Assembly: GCA_013697465.1 (NCBI GenBank)
Contig: JACCWU010000173.1
Location: 1 to 47,605 of the forward strand
Direction of reading: 5' to 3'
From: Actinomycetota bacterium
Lineage (GTDB): Bacteria; Actinomycetota; Thermoleophilia; Gaiellales; Gaiellaceae
Length of the DNA stretch: 47,605 nt
Part shown: one piece after another, positions 33,266 through 41,374 of the stretch
Numbering within the stretch: the stretch's first letter is position 1
How the letters are laid out: every line of letters starts with the position of its first letter
Made by a program: the position numbers and the translations under genes
The notes under the pieces: generated by a model
What the model saw: only the letters and a program-made list of their open reading frames with translations
The model's database searches: none
What the model was told of the DNA's origin: nothing

Positions 33266-34092
33266 CGGCTCTCGCGCTTGCCGTGACGGGCCGCGGCCTC
33301 TGCGATCCGAGCGAGCCCGTCGTGCGCGCGGACGACGAGGCGGTTCTCCGTGGGCGGGCGGCGTTCGAGACGATCCGCGTGTACTCGGGACGGCCCTTCC
33401 GCCTGAGCGCACACCTGGACCGGCTCGAAGCCTCGGCGGCGGGCATCGCGCTCCCCCGATTCGATCGAGCGGAGCTCACGGAGCTGGTCTCGCTCGTCCT
33501 TCCGCAGAGCGGCGCGGACGACGCGGTGCTGCGGCTCGTCTGGACTGCAGGCCCCGCGGAAGGCCCTCCGGCGGGACTCGCGCTCCTCAGCGGGGTGCCC
33601 GTGTGGATCGACGCCGCGCGCGAGCGTGGAGCGCGCGCCGTCTCCCTGCTGGGCGTTCGAGCGGCCGCGCCGTGGCTCCTGCCCGGTGTCAAGTCGACGA
33701 GCTATGCGGTGAACATGGCCGCCGAGGCGGAGGCAAAGCGGCGCGGCGCGGACGAGGCGGTCTTCGTCGACGCCGACGGCGTCGTGCTCGAGGGCACGGT
33801 CACGAATGTCTGGTGGCGCCTGGAGGAAACGCTGTACACGCCCGCGCTCGAGCTCGGAATCCTCGCCGGCGTGACGCGGGCCGCGCTACTCGAGCTCGCA
33901 CCAGCGCGCGGCTACGTCGTCGAAGAAGGCGCGTACCGTCTCCCGCTGTTGCTCGAGGCGGAGGAGGCCTTCACCTCGTCGTCCGTGCGGGAGATCATGC
34001 CCGTCGTCGAGGTCGACGGACGCGCCCTGGAGCGCGGCCCGGCGGCCGACGAGCTCCAGCAAGCGCTGCGCGCGCTCGCCGCCGCAGAGTGA
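33262..34092 (+). CDS. Class IV aminotransferase-fold enzyme, probably aminodeoxychorismate lyase
   Basis: GTGA overlap with pabB. GRAAFETIRVYSGRPFRLSAHLDRL, GVKSTSY..NMAAEAEAKRRGADEAVFVD, VLEGTVTNVWW, LAGVTR and FTSSSVREIMPV. The function is inferred from coupling to pabB. Confidence 0.8.
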   Translation: MTALALAVTGRGLCDPSEPVVRADDEAVLRGRAAFETIRVYSGRPFRLSAHLDRLEASAAGIALPRFDRAELTELVSLVLPQSGADDAVLRLVWTAGPAEGPPAGLALLSGVPVWIDAARERGARAVSLLGVRAAAPWLLPGVKSTSYAVNMAAEAEAKRRGADEAVFVDADGVVLEGTVTNVWWRLEETLYTPALELGILAGVTRAALLELAPARGYVVEEGAYRLPLLLEAEEAFTSSSVREIMPVVEVDGRALERGPAADELQQALRALAAAE

Positions 34093-34110
34093 CGAATCCG
34101 GCGCGGTCGC

Positions 34111-34116
34111 TACCCT
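34111..34116 (+). promoter_or_regulatory. Candidate -10 box TACCCT, 7 nt before the GTG at 34124
   Basis: TACCCT-ctgactc-GTG in the 31-nt gap after the pabC-like gene. Confidence 0.4.
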
Positions 34117-34123
34117 CTGACTC

Positions 34124-34891
34124 GTGGAGACGACTCGTCTGGGCGGGATGGCGCTGCAAAACGGCGTGCTCGTGCACGGCCCGACCGCGTGGGGCTGTGC
34201 GGTTCGCGACGCGAACGGGGAGCTTCACGTCGCCTCGGGCCGCAAGCCCCGCTTCGCCGGAGCGGTCACGACGCCCGTGCTGCGCGGGCCGCTGAGACTC
34301 GCGGAGGCGTTCGCGTTGCTCCCCGTTGTTCGCAAGGCGCTTCCACAGGCCCGGTTTCCGTTCGAGCGGCCCATCGTTCTGAGCGCGATCGCCGCGTCCA
34401 CGGTTCTCGCCCGCACCGTCCGTCGCGGCCGAGGTCTTTCGGCCGGGACGCGGGAGATCGTCGCCGGCGCCGTCGCGCTCGTCCCGGCCGCACTTGCCCT
34501 TCGTGGCCAGGAGCTCGCGGCATACCACGGCGCCGAGCACATCTCCATCGGGACGTATGAGTCGGGCGAGCGAGCTCCCAAGGAGCATCCGCGCTGCGGC
34601 TCCCAGCTGATCGGGCCGCTGCTCGCGTCGTCGGTCGCCGCAAACCTCGCCGCGGCGAAGGCCCCGGGGCCGGCACGGGGAGTCGCTCGGCTGCTTGGGA
34701 CCACCGTGGCGATCGGCGCTTCCGTCGAGCTCTTCGGCTGGACGCTGAGGAACCCCGAGAACCGGTTGGCGCGCGCACTCGCCCGGCCTGGATTCGAGCT
34801 GCAGAGCCGGTTCTCGACCGCGGAGCCGTCAGACGCACAGGTGGAGGTCGCGAACGCGGCCCGCGACGCCTGCCTCGCCCTCGAGACGTGA
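34124..34891 (+). CDS. DUF1385-domain membrane-associated protein
   Basis: LGGMALQNGVLVHGP......YHGAEHISI..YE......PRCGSQLIGP matches the DUF1385 pattern (GG.A...GV.., YHGAEH, HPRCGT). Confidence 0.8.
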   Translation: METTRLGGMALQNGVLVHGPTAWGCAVRDANGELHVASGRKPRFAGAVTTPVLRGPLRLAEAFALLPVVRKALPQARFPFERPIVLSAIAASTVLARTVRRGRGLSAGTREIVAGAVALVPAALALRGQELAAYHGAEHISIGTYESGERAPKEHPRCGSQLIGPLLASSVAANLAAAKAPGPARGVARLLGTTVAIGASVELFGWTLRNPENRLARALARPGFELQSRFSTAEPSDAQVEVANAARDACLALET

Positions 34892-35967
34892 GTACCAGGC
34901 CGCGTGAGCGGCTCGACCCCGAGATCTTCGAGCTTCCGGTCGAGAAGATGCGCGCCGGGTACTACACGGACGCGTACTTCAACCACGCACGCTCCGCTCT
35001 GCTTGCAGCGGGGCGCCAGCCCCGCGTCCTCATGCAGGTCTTCCAGAAGAAGAGCGCGCTGCTCGGAGGCGTGGACGAGGCGATCGCGGTCCTGAAGCTC
35101 TGCTCGCACGAGTGGGGCGAGCTGGACGTGCACGCGCTGTACGAGGGGGACCGGATCGAGCCGTGGGAGACGGTGGTGACGATTGAGGGCGACTACACGC
35201 TCTTTGCGCACCTCGAGACCGTGCTCCTCGGCGTGCTCGCGCGCCGAACACTCGTGACGACGAATGTCGCGCGGGTGCTCGAGGCGGCACGCGGGAAGCC
35301 GATCATCTTCATGCCCGCGCGGCACGATCATCACCGCGTCCAGACGGGGGACGGCTATGCGGCGTACGTCGCGGGACAGATGCTCGGCATGCCCATCGGC
35401 GTGACGTCGGACGCTCAAGCCTCGTGGTGGGGAGGCACCGGGATCGGGACCGTCCCGCACGCTCTAATCGCTGCCTGCGGCGGAGATGCCGTGACCGCGG
35501 CGACGATCTTCGCCGCCTGGGCTCCGCAGGACATGAACGTCACCGTGCTCGTCGACTTCGAGAACGACTCCGTGCGCACGTCACTCGAGGTGGCTCGAGC
35601 ACTCGGCTCACGCCTGTGGGGCGTGCGGCTCGACACCTCCGAGAGCCTCGTCGACCGCTCGCTCGCGGATGAGTTGGGCGACTTCGACCTGCGCGGCGTG
35701 AACGAGCGGCTCGTGCGGAAGGTTCGGGACGCGCTCGATGCAGAAGGCTTCGGCGACGTCAGGATCGTCGTCTCGGGAGGATTCTCGGTCGAGAAGATCG
35801 CCGCTTTCGAAGAGCGCGGTGTTCCAGTCGACGCGTACGGCGTGGGCTCGTCGCTTCTTCGCGGGGAGAACGACTTCACGGGTGATGTCGTGCTCGCGGA
35901 CGGCGTCTTGGTCGCGAAGGCCGGCCGCCGTCTTCGTCCGAACCCGCGCCTCGAGCTCGTGACCTAG
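34888..35967 (+). CDS. Nicotinate phosphoribosyltransferase-family protein (short type)
   Basis: GTGA overlap with the previous gene. AGYYTDAYFNHA, VFQKKSALLGGVDEAI, FAHLETVLLGVLARRTLVTTN, GTVPHALI and GVRLDTSE...VSGGF. Confidence 0.8.
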   Translation: MSTRPRERLDPEIFELPVEKMRAGYYTDAYFNHARSALLAAGRQPRVLMQVFQKKSALLGGVDEAIAVLKLCSHEWGELDVHALYEGDRIEPWETVVTIEGDYTLFAHLETVLLGVLARRTLVTTNVARVLEAARGKPIIFMPARHDHHRVQTGDGYAAYVAGQMLGMPIGVTSDAQASWWGGTGIGTVPHALIAACGGDAVTAATIFAAWAPQDMNVTVLVDFENDSVRTSLEVARALGSRLWGVRLDTSESLVDRSLADELGDFDLRGVNERLVRKVRDALDAEGFGDVRIVVSGGFSVEKIAAFEERGVPVDAYGVGSSLLRGENDFTGDVVLADGVLVAKAGRRLRPNPRLELVT

Positions 35968-35969
35968 CA

Positions 35970-37088
35970 ATGGCACTCATGAACCTGCGGCCTCGTGCTG
36001 TCGCATTCGGCGGAGCGGCCGTGCTCGTCGTGTCGGTCGGGATCCCGCTTTCCGACCGCGAGGCTGGAGCCGGCAACCGTGGGTCGGCTCCAGCACAGCG
36101 CGCGGCCGCCGCCGCTGAATCGCTGTCGCGTCAGGCGGGCCGACTCGTAGTGCTGCGATTTGCGGGCACTTCCGCGCCTGCGTACGTGCGCGAGGCGCTG
36201 CGCGAGGGCAGAGTCGCCGGCGTGATCCTGTTTCGCGACAACCTGAAGAGTCCCGCGCAAGCCAAGGTGCTCACCGCCCAGCTCCGCCAAGGGTCGTGGA
36301 GCTCGCCGTTGATCTGTGTCGACCAGGAGGGTGGCGAGGTCCGCATCGTGCCCTGGGCGGGACCAGCACGGTCAGCTGCGCAGCAGGCGGCAGGGGGCAC
36401 CGAGCGCGCCGACGCCACCGCTGCCGCACGCGGCCTGCGGGCAGCAGGGATCAACGTCTCCCTGGCGCCTGTGGCTGACGTACCGAGCGTCCCGGGGGCG
36501 GCGCTGGCGTCGCGCGCGTTCTCGACCGACTTCGCGCGCGTCGCGGAGTCCGTCGCCAAATCGGTTCGTGGCTGGCGCAAGGGCAGCGTGGCGCCGGCCG
36601 TCAAGCACTTCCCGGGACTCGGGGGGGCGACTGTCAACACGGACGACGGCTCCGTGACGATCGCCCGTAGCGCCGCGCAACTGCGTCGAAGAGACCTGCT
36701 GCCGTTCCGCACGGCGATCGCCGCCGGCACGCCGCTCGTGATGGTGGGTCACGCTCTCTATCCCGCGCTCGATCGACGCCGCATCGCGTCGCAGTCGAAG
36801 GCCGTGGTCGAGGCGCTGCTGCGCGGCGAGCTCGGTTATCGCGGGGTCGTGATCACCGACTCGACGGAGGCTGCTGCCGTGCAAGCGGTCACCGGTCTCG
36901 CGCAGGCGGCGGTGCGCAACGTGCGCGCTGGGGTAGACATCGTCCTCACCACGGGCAGGGGCTCGTACAGCAAGATCTACCGGGCGCTACTCACAGAGGC
37001 GCGGCGCGATCCGGTCTTTCGTGCGCGCGTGCGCGAGTCCGCTGCAAGAGTCGCGGCGCTTCAGCAGGCGCTCGCCCGCGTGCGCTGA
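35970..37088 (+). CDS. Secreted glycoside hydrolase family 3 N-terminal-domain protein (NagZ-like beta-N-acetylhexosaminidase)
   Basis: Signal peptide, then GVILFRDN, LICVDQEGGEVRI, KHFPGLGGATVNTDDG and VMVGHALYPALD. Confidence 0.85.
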   Translation: MALMNLRPRAVAFGGAAVLVVSVGIPLSDREAGAGNRGSAPAQRAAAAAESLSRQAGRLVVLRFAGTSAPAYVREALREGRVAGVILFRDNLKSPAQAKVLTAQLRQGSWSSPLICVDQEGGEVRIVPWAGPARSAAQQAAGGTERADATAAARGLRAAGINVSLAPVADVPSVPGAALASRAFSTDFARVAESVAKSVRGWRKGSVAPAVKHFPGLGGATVNTDDGSVTIARSAAQLRRRDLLPFRTAIAAGTPLVMVGHALYPALDRRRIASQSKAVVEALLRGELGYRGVVITDSTEAAAVQAVTGLAQAAVRNVRAGVDIVLTTGRGSYSKIYRALLTEARRDPVFRARVRESAARVAALQQALARVR

Positions 37089-37097
37089 GACGGCTTG

Positions 37098-38117
37098 CTA
37101 CGCGAGCGGCCCCGGCCACCTAGCCAGCGGCTCGGTCGAGCGGACGACATGCACGCCTGCGTGGGCGAAGCGGGCGAACGCGGCGTCGGCGTCGTCCGTG
37201 TAGTCGACCGCACCCGGAACGACGACCGGCGATGAGCAGTCCTCGAGCAGATAGAGCCTTGGCGCGATCTCCGGCGCGCCGTCGAGAAGATCATCGACCG
37301 TCCAGGCGACGCAGTGACTCTTTGCCTGACCCGCGACGATCACCGCGTCGAACTCGAGCAAGAGCTCGACGAGCTCGGAGTTGCGCTCTTCGAGCAGCTC
37401 TCCTCGAGCACCGCGAGACACTTCGGGGCCGAGCGCGGAGTAGTGCTCGGTGAGTGGGTTCCGGCCCTTCAGCTCGAAGCGCGTCTGCGAGTGACGCGCG
37501 ATAGCGTGGAAGAACACGGCTTCCTCGACGGCGCTCACGAGCGCGTGCCCGATACCGCCGAGGAGCGCGTGGAACGGCCAGATGGTGAGGTCGTACTTGC
37601 CTCCGGCGGCGAGCGTCTCGACATACGAGCGGAGGTGCTCTGCGACGGCTTTCGCACCGATGCCAAGAGCCTCGGCCGCGTAGGAATCGACCTGCCAGCA
37701 GCCGGACGAGACGTCCTCGGGAGTGACGAGCGTGTACGGATCGGGATGACGCCCGCCCTCGTCAACGAGGAACGGTGCGTGGAAGATCTGGAACGCCTGG
37801 TGCGTGTCCATCGTCACCACGGTCTGGGTGATCGCTCCGAGGTTCCGATAGACGAGCTCGCACAGCCGCCGGTTGTCGTCGAGGGCTCCCGTTCCCGATC
37901 TCCCGGCCACGAACAGCTCGAACCCCGGGGTGCAGAAGGTGTTCTGGACGTCGACGAGGAGCAGGCAGACGCGCGTGCCGTCGCGCGCCGCCGGCTCGAG
38001 GGCGTGCTCACCCGCCCACGCGGTCGCCTCGCGAAAGCGTGAATCGTAGTCGACGCGCCAGACCTCTCCGACCCGCTCGAGATCGGCATGCGGCGGGAGC
38101 GGGAGCTCGCCGTCCAT
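37098..38117 (-). CDS. Isochorismatase-family cysteine hydrolase (long nicotinamidase-like form)
   Basis: CLLLVDVQNTFC (catalytic Asp context) and VIVAGQAKSHCVAWTVDD (nucleophile Cys). Confidence 0.8.
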   Translation of the reverse strand: MDGELPLPPHADLERVGEVWRVDYDSRFREATAWAGEHALEPAARDGTRVCLLLVDVQNTFCTPGFELFVAGRSGTGALDDNRRLCELVYRNLGAITQTVVTMDTHQAFQIFHAPFLVDEGGRHPDPYTLVTPEDVSSGCWQVDSYAAEALGIGAKAVAEHLRSYVETLAAGGKYDLTIWPFHALLGGIGHALVSAVEEAVFFHAIARHSQTRFELKGRNPLTEHYSALGPEVSRGARGELLEERNSELVELLLEFDAVIVAGQAKSHCVAWTVDDLLDGAPEIAPRLYLLEDCSSPVVVPGAVDYTDDADAAFARFAHAGVHVVRSTEPLARWPGPLA

Positions 38118-39672
38118 GCGCCTCAGGCTAGACGACCTGCTCGGCTACAGAGAGCTCCGCCGGGTGCCGATACGGGGTTTGGTGGACTTCGAGACGACGC
38201 TGATCACGTGGCTCCCGATCATCTTCTTCGGGGTCGTCATCGTCCTTCTCGTCTACACGATGCGCTTCATGCCTCGGGCGAAGCCGGCGCCCGTCGTCAA
38301 GGGCTCCCAGGTCGAGGTGTCGTGGGACGACGTGGCCGGTCTCGACGAGGCGAAGGAGGAGCTGCAGGAGGTCGTCGACTTCCTCCGGAACCGGAAGCGC
38401 TTCGAGCGGCTCGGTGCCCGCGTGCCGCGGGGAATCCTGCTCCACGGATCGCCGGGAACAGGGAAGACGCTGCTCGCGAAGGCCGTCGCCAGCGCTTCGG
38501 GAGCCAACTTCTACTCGGCGAGCGCATCGTCGTTCGTGGAGATGTTCGCCGGCCTCGGTGCGGCACGCATTCGGAAGCTCTTCGAGGAGGCGCGCAAGAA
38601 CGCGCCCGCGATCATCTTCATCGACGAGCTCGACGCCGTCGGCGCGTCGCGTACGGGCGGCGGCTTCCATCGGGAGCACGACCAGACCCTGAACCAGCTT
38701 CTCGTCGAGCTCGACGGCTTCAACGCGCGGGACGAGGTCATCGTCATGGCCGCGTCGAACAGGATCCAGGATCTCGATGCGGCTCTCTTGCGTCCCGGCC
38801 GCTTCGACCGCCAGGTGAACGTTGCGCCGCCCGACGTCGCCGGACGCGAGGCGATCCTCGGCGTTCACACCCGCGACAAGCCGCTCGCGGCCGACGTCGA
38901 CCTAGACAAGGTCGCTCGCCAGACCGCGGGCTTGACGGGGGCCGACCTCGCGAACCTCTGCAACGAGGCGGCGATCTTTGCCGCGCGCTCGGGCGTCCAG
39001 TACGTCCGTTTCACGGACTTCGAGGCCGCGATGGAGCGGATCGTCGCTGGGCTCCAGCAGCGCCGGGTCGTGTCCGACAAGGAGAAGCGCATCCTCGCCT
39101 ACCACGCGGCCGGCCACGCGGTCATGTCCCACCTCGTCGGCGATCTCTTTCCCGCGCAGAAGGCGACGATCGTCTCGCGCGGCCAGGCGCTCGGCTACAC
39201 GTTCAACACTCCGGCCGAGGATCGCTACCTGCATACGCGCGAGGAGTTCGTCGATCTCATCATGGTCTTCCTCGCGGGGCGTGCTGCCGAGCAGATCGTC
39301 TTCGGACGGATCACGAACGGCGCAGCGAACGACCTCGAGCGCGTCACCGACATCGCCCGCTCGATGGTGTTCGAGTTCGGCATGTCCGAGATCGCCCCCT
39401 CGCGAACGATGCGCGCGGACAACTACGCGCTCTCGGAGGAGACCAAGCGGCTCCGCGACTCCGAGCAGGCTCGTCTCACCGATCACGCCTACGACGAGGC
39501 GCAGCGGCTTCTCTCGAAGCACCGCGTCTCCCTCGATCGTGTCGCGGAGGCGTTGCTCGAGAAGGAGACGCTCGACCGCTCCGAGCTCGAGGCGCTGCTC
39601 GCGGACGTTCGCCCCGAGTCCAGGTCGTCCGAGACCATCGGGACAGTTCGCGCGCTGCCCGGCCGCGACTGA
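38116..39672 (+). CDS. FtsH-like AAA+ protein with a single N-terminal TM and a degenerate metalloprotease site (HAAGH instead of HEXXH)
   Basis: TM ITWLPIIFFGVVIVLLVYTM. Walker A GSPGTGKTLLAKAVA, pore-loop region FVEMFAGLG, Walker B IIFIDELDAV, second region of homology ASNRIQDLDAALLRPGRFDRQV. M41 domain: ILAYHAAGHAVMSH...SRGQALGYT...LAGRAAEQIVFG...GAANDLERVTDIARSMV. The start is uncertain: the ATG at 38116 overlaps the divergent ATG, and in-frame TTG/GTG codons lie about 20 codons downstream. Confidence 0.85.
   Translation: MRLRLDDLLGYRELRRVPIRGLVDFETTLITWLPIIFFGVVIVLLVYTMRFMPRAKPAPVVKGSQVEVSWDDVAGLDEAKEELQEVVDFLRNRKRFERLGARVPRGILLHGSPGTGKTLLAKAVASASGANFYSASASSFVEMFAGLGAARIRKLFEEARKNAPAIIFIDELDAVGASRTGGGFHREHDQTLNQLLVELDGFNARDEVIVMAASNRIQDLDAALLRPGRFDRQVNVAPPDVAGREAILGVHTRDKPLAADVDLDKVARQTAGLTGADLANLCNEAAIFAARSGVQYVRFTDFEAAMERIVAGLQQRRVVSDKEKRILAYHAAGHAVMSHLVGDLFPAQKATIVSRGQALGYTFNTPAEDRYLHTREEFVDLIMVFLAGRAAEQIVFGRITNGAANDLERVTDIARSMVFEFGMSEIAPSRTMRADNYALSEETKRLRDSEQARLTDHAYDEAQRLLSKHRVSLDRVAEALLEKETLDRSELEALLADVRPESRSSETIGTVRALPGRD
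38125..38130 (-). promoter_or_regulatory. Candidate -10 box TAGCCT (reverse strand), 7 nt before the ATG at 38117
   Basis: The reverse strand reads TAGCCT-gaggcgc-ATG. The box lies inside the annotated 5' end of the divergent FtsH-like ORF. Confidence 0.45.
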
Positions 39673-39686
39673 GCGTGACGCGCGAG

Positions 39687-39692
39687 TAGCAT
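39687..39692 (+). promoter_or_regulatory. Candidate -10 box TAGCAT, 7 nt before the GTG at 39700
   Basis: TAGCAT-cgcgcgg-GTG in the 27-nt gap after the FtsH-like gene. Confidence 0.45.
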
Positions 39693-39699
39693 CGCGCGG

Positions 39700-40104
39700 G
39701 TGAATCTGCGGGGCATCCATCACGTCGGCGTCGCGGTGAGCGATCTCGACGAGGCGATCGGAACCTACGAGCGGCTGTTCGGTGCTCGCCTCGAACTCCG
39801 CGACTTCCTCGCCGAGCAAGGAGTCGAAGCCGCAGCGCTGCATGTCGGCGAGAGCCGGATCGAGCTGCTCGCGGCGACGGGCGGGGACACGCCGATCGGG
39901 CGCTTCCTCGCCAAGCGCGGGCCCGGCATGCATCACGTCGCGCTCGAGACCGGCGACGTCGCAGAGGCGCTTCGCGAGCTCCTGGCCTCCGGCGCCCAGC
40001 TCGTGGACGAGGCGCCCCGCCGCGGGCTCTTCGGCCTCGAGGTCGCATTCGTCCATCCCGACGCCGTTCACGGCGTCCTCACGGAGGTGGTGTCCGGTGG
40101 CTGA
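39700..40104 (+). CDS. Methylmalonyl-CoA epimerase (VOC/glyoxalase fold)
   Basis: IHHVGVAVSDLDEAI..Y...G..L........QGVEAA.L.VGESRIELL......PIGRFLAKRGPGMHHVAL...DV......L...G..L.......G..G..VAFVHP....GVL.E. Confidence 0.85.
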   Translation: MNLRGIHHVGVAVSDLDEAIGTYERLFGARLELRDFLAEQGVEAAALHVGESRIELLAATGGDTPIGRFLAKRGPGMHHVALETGDVAEALRELLASGAQLVDEAPRRGLFGLEVAFVHPDAVHGVLTEVVSGG

Positions 40105-40324
40105 CCAGACGTTGATACGAATCGAGGTTGGGCTCGACGGGGGGCAGATCCTCAGCTGGCTCGTCACTTCCGCGAGCGCCGACGACCTCGAGCGAGCGCT
40201 GAACGCGGGCGACGCGGGTGCTGCCGCCCTCGAGGCGGAGGACGGGAAGATCTACCTCGCCCTCCCGCGCGTCCTCTACATGAAGCGCTTCGCCCGCGAA
40301 GGCCGAGTCGGCTTCGAGCTGTAG
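40097..40324 (+). CDS. DUF3107-like small protein (75 aa)
   Basis: GTG at 40097 overlaps the epimerase end by 8 nt. IRIEVGLDGGQILSWLVTSASADDLERAL....ALEAEDGKIYLALPRVLYMKRFAREGRVGF resembles my recollection of actinobacterial DUF3107 (..IKIG......LVF.S......VE..V..AL......L.L.DE.GR.FL.....IAYVEIG....RRVGF). Confidence 0.55.
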   Translation: MADQTLIRIEVGLDGGQILSWLVTSASADDLERALNAGDAGAAALEAEDGKIYLALPRVLYMKRFAREGRVGFEL

Positions 40325-40330
40325 AGGGTT

Positions 40331-40425
40331 GCGGTGAAATCCCATCGGCCCGACTGCGAAGCAGCCGGCTTCAGGGGTTCTGCGCGAATGGAATCCGCGC
40401 TCGCGGATTCCATTCTGCGCGATAA
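40331..40425 (-). repeat. Structured intergenic repeat, copy C (inverted; extended hairpin 1)
   Basis: The reverse complement reads ..TTATCGCGCAGAATGGAATCCGCGAGCGCGGATTCCATTCGCGCAGAACCCCTGAAGCCGGCTGCTTCGCAGTCGGGCCGATGGGATTTCACC.. Hairpin 1 is about 40382-40421 (18-19 bp arms with a 1-nt bulge). Hairpin 2 is 40350-40368. Confidence 0.8.
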
Positions 40426-40429
40426 CTGA

Positions 40430-41374
40430 GTGCCTCTGCAGGTCGGGATCGTGGGCCTGACCAACTCCGGGAAGACGACGCTCTTCAACGCGCTCACGCG
40501 CGCGGGCGCGAACGTGTCTGCGTACTCGTCCGTCACGGACAAGGCGAACGTCGGCGTGGCCATGATTCCGGACGAGCGGCTGGAGAAGCTCGCCGCGCTC
40601 GTCGGTTCACGCAAGGTGACGCCTGCGGCGATTCGCGTCGTGGACGCGCCGGGAGCCGGAGCCGGCAGCGAGCTCCCGGGAGGGCTGCGGGAATCCGATG
40701 CCTTGCTCGCGGTCGCGGACGGGTTCTCTCCGGACGCCAATCCCGAGCGCGACTTCGAGGCTATCCGGCTCGAGTTGCTCGTCGCAGATACCGATCACGT
40801 CGCGCGGCGTCTCGAGAAGGTGCGAAAGGAGGCGAAGTCCGGTGACCCTGCGAAGCGGCGTGAGGTCGTGCGACTCGAGGATCTCCTCGCACACCTCGAA
40901 GCCGGGGCTCCGCTAGCCGACTGGAGCGGCGATCTTCCGCAGGAGCTCGAGCCGCTGACCACGAAGCCGTTGATCGAGCTCGTGAACGGCCCCTCGGGCA
41001 TCGACTGCAAGCTCGAGATGGAGCTTGCGGAGCTCTCGCACGAAGAAGCGGCCGAGTTCCGCGATGGGCCTTCCGCCCTCGATCGGGTCGTCTACCGCTT
41101 GAAGGACGCGCTGGACCTCATCTCGTTCTTCACCGCGGGCGACACGGAGGCGAGAGCCTGGACTCTCGGCAACGGGCAAACCGCGTTCGCCGCAGCCGAG
41201 ACGATTCACTCCGACATCGCGCGCGGGTTCATCCGCTGCGAGGTGATTCGCTGGGACGATCTCCTGTCCTCGGGATCTCACACCGAGGCGTCGCGCCGTG
41301 GCCTCCAGCGCCTCGAGGGCAAGACCTACCTCGTCGAGGACGGAGACGTCCTAAACGTGCGCTTCAACGTGTGA
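40430..41374 (+). CDS. ychF: YchF/Obg-like ATPase, divergent short form
   Basis: VGIVGLTNSGKTTLFNALT (P-loop) and a C-terminal TGS-like region: LISFFTAGDTEARAWTLGNGQTAFAAAETIHSDIARGFIRCEVI...GKTYLVEDGDVLNVRFNV. It has 314 aa versus roughly 360 for canonical YchF. Confidence 0.8.
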   Translation: MPLQVGIVGLTNSGKTTLFNALTRAGANVSAYSSVTDKANVGVAMIPDERLEKLAALVGSRKVTPAAIRVVDAPGAGAGSELPGGLRESDALLAVADGFSPDANPERDFEAIRLELLVADTDHVARRLEKVRKEAKSGDPAKRREVVRLEDLLAHLEAGAPLADWSGDLPQELEPLTTKPLIELVNGPSGIDCKLEMELAELSHEEAAEFRDGPSALDRVVYRLKDALDLISFFTAGDTEARAWTLGNGQTAFAAAETIHSDIARGFIRCEVIRWDDLLSSGSHTEASRRGLQRLEGKTYLVEDGDVLNVRFNV

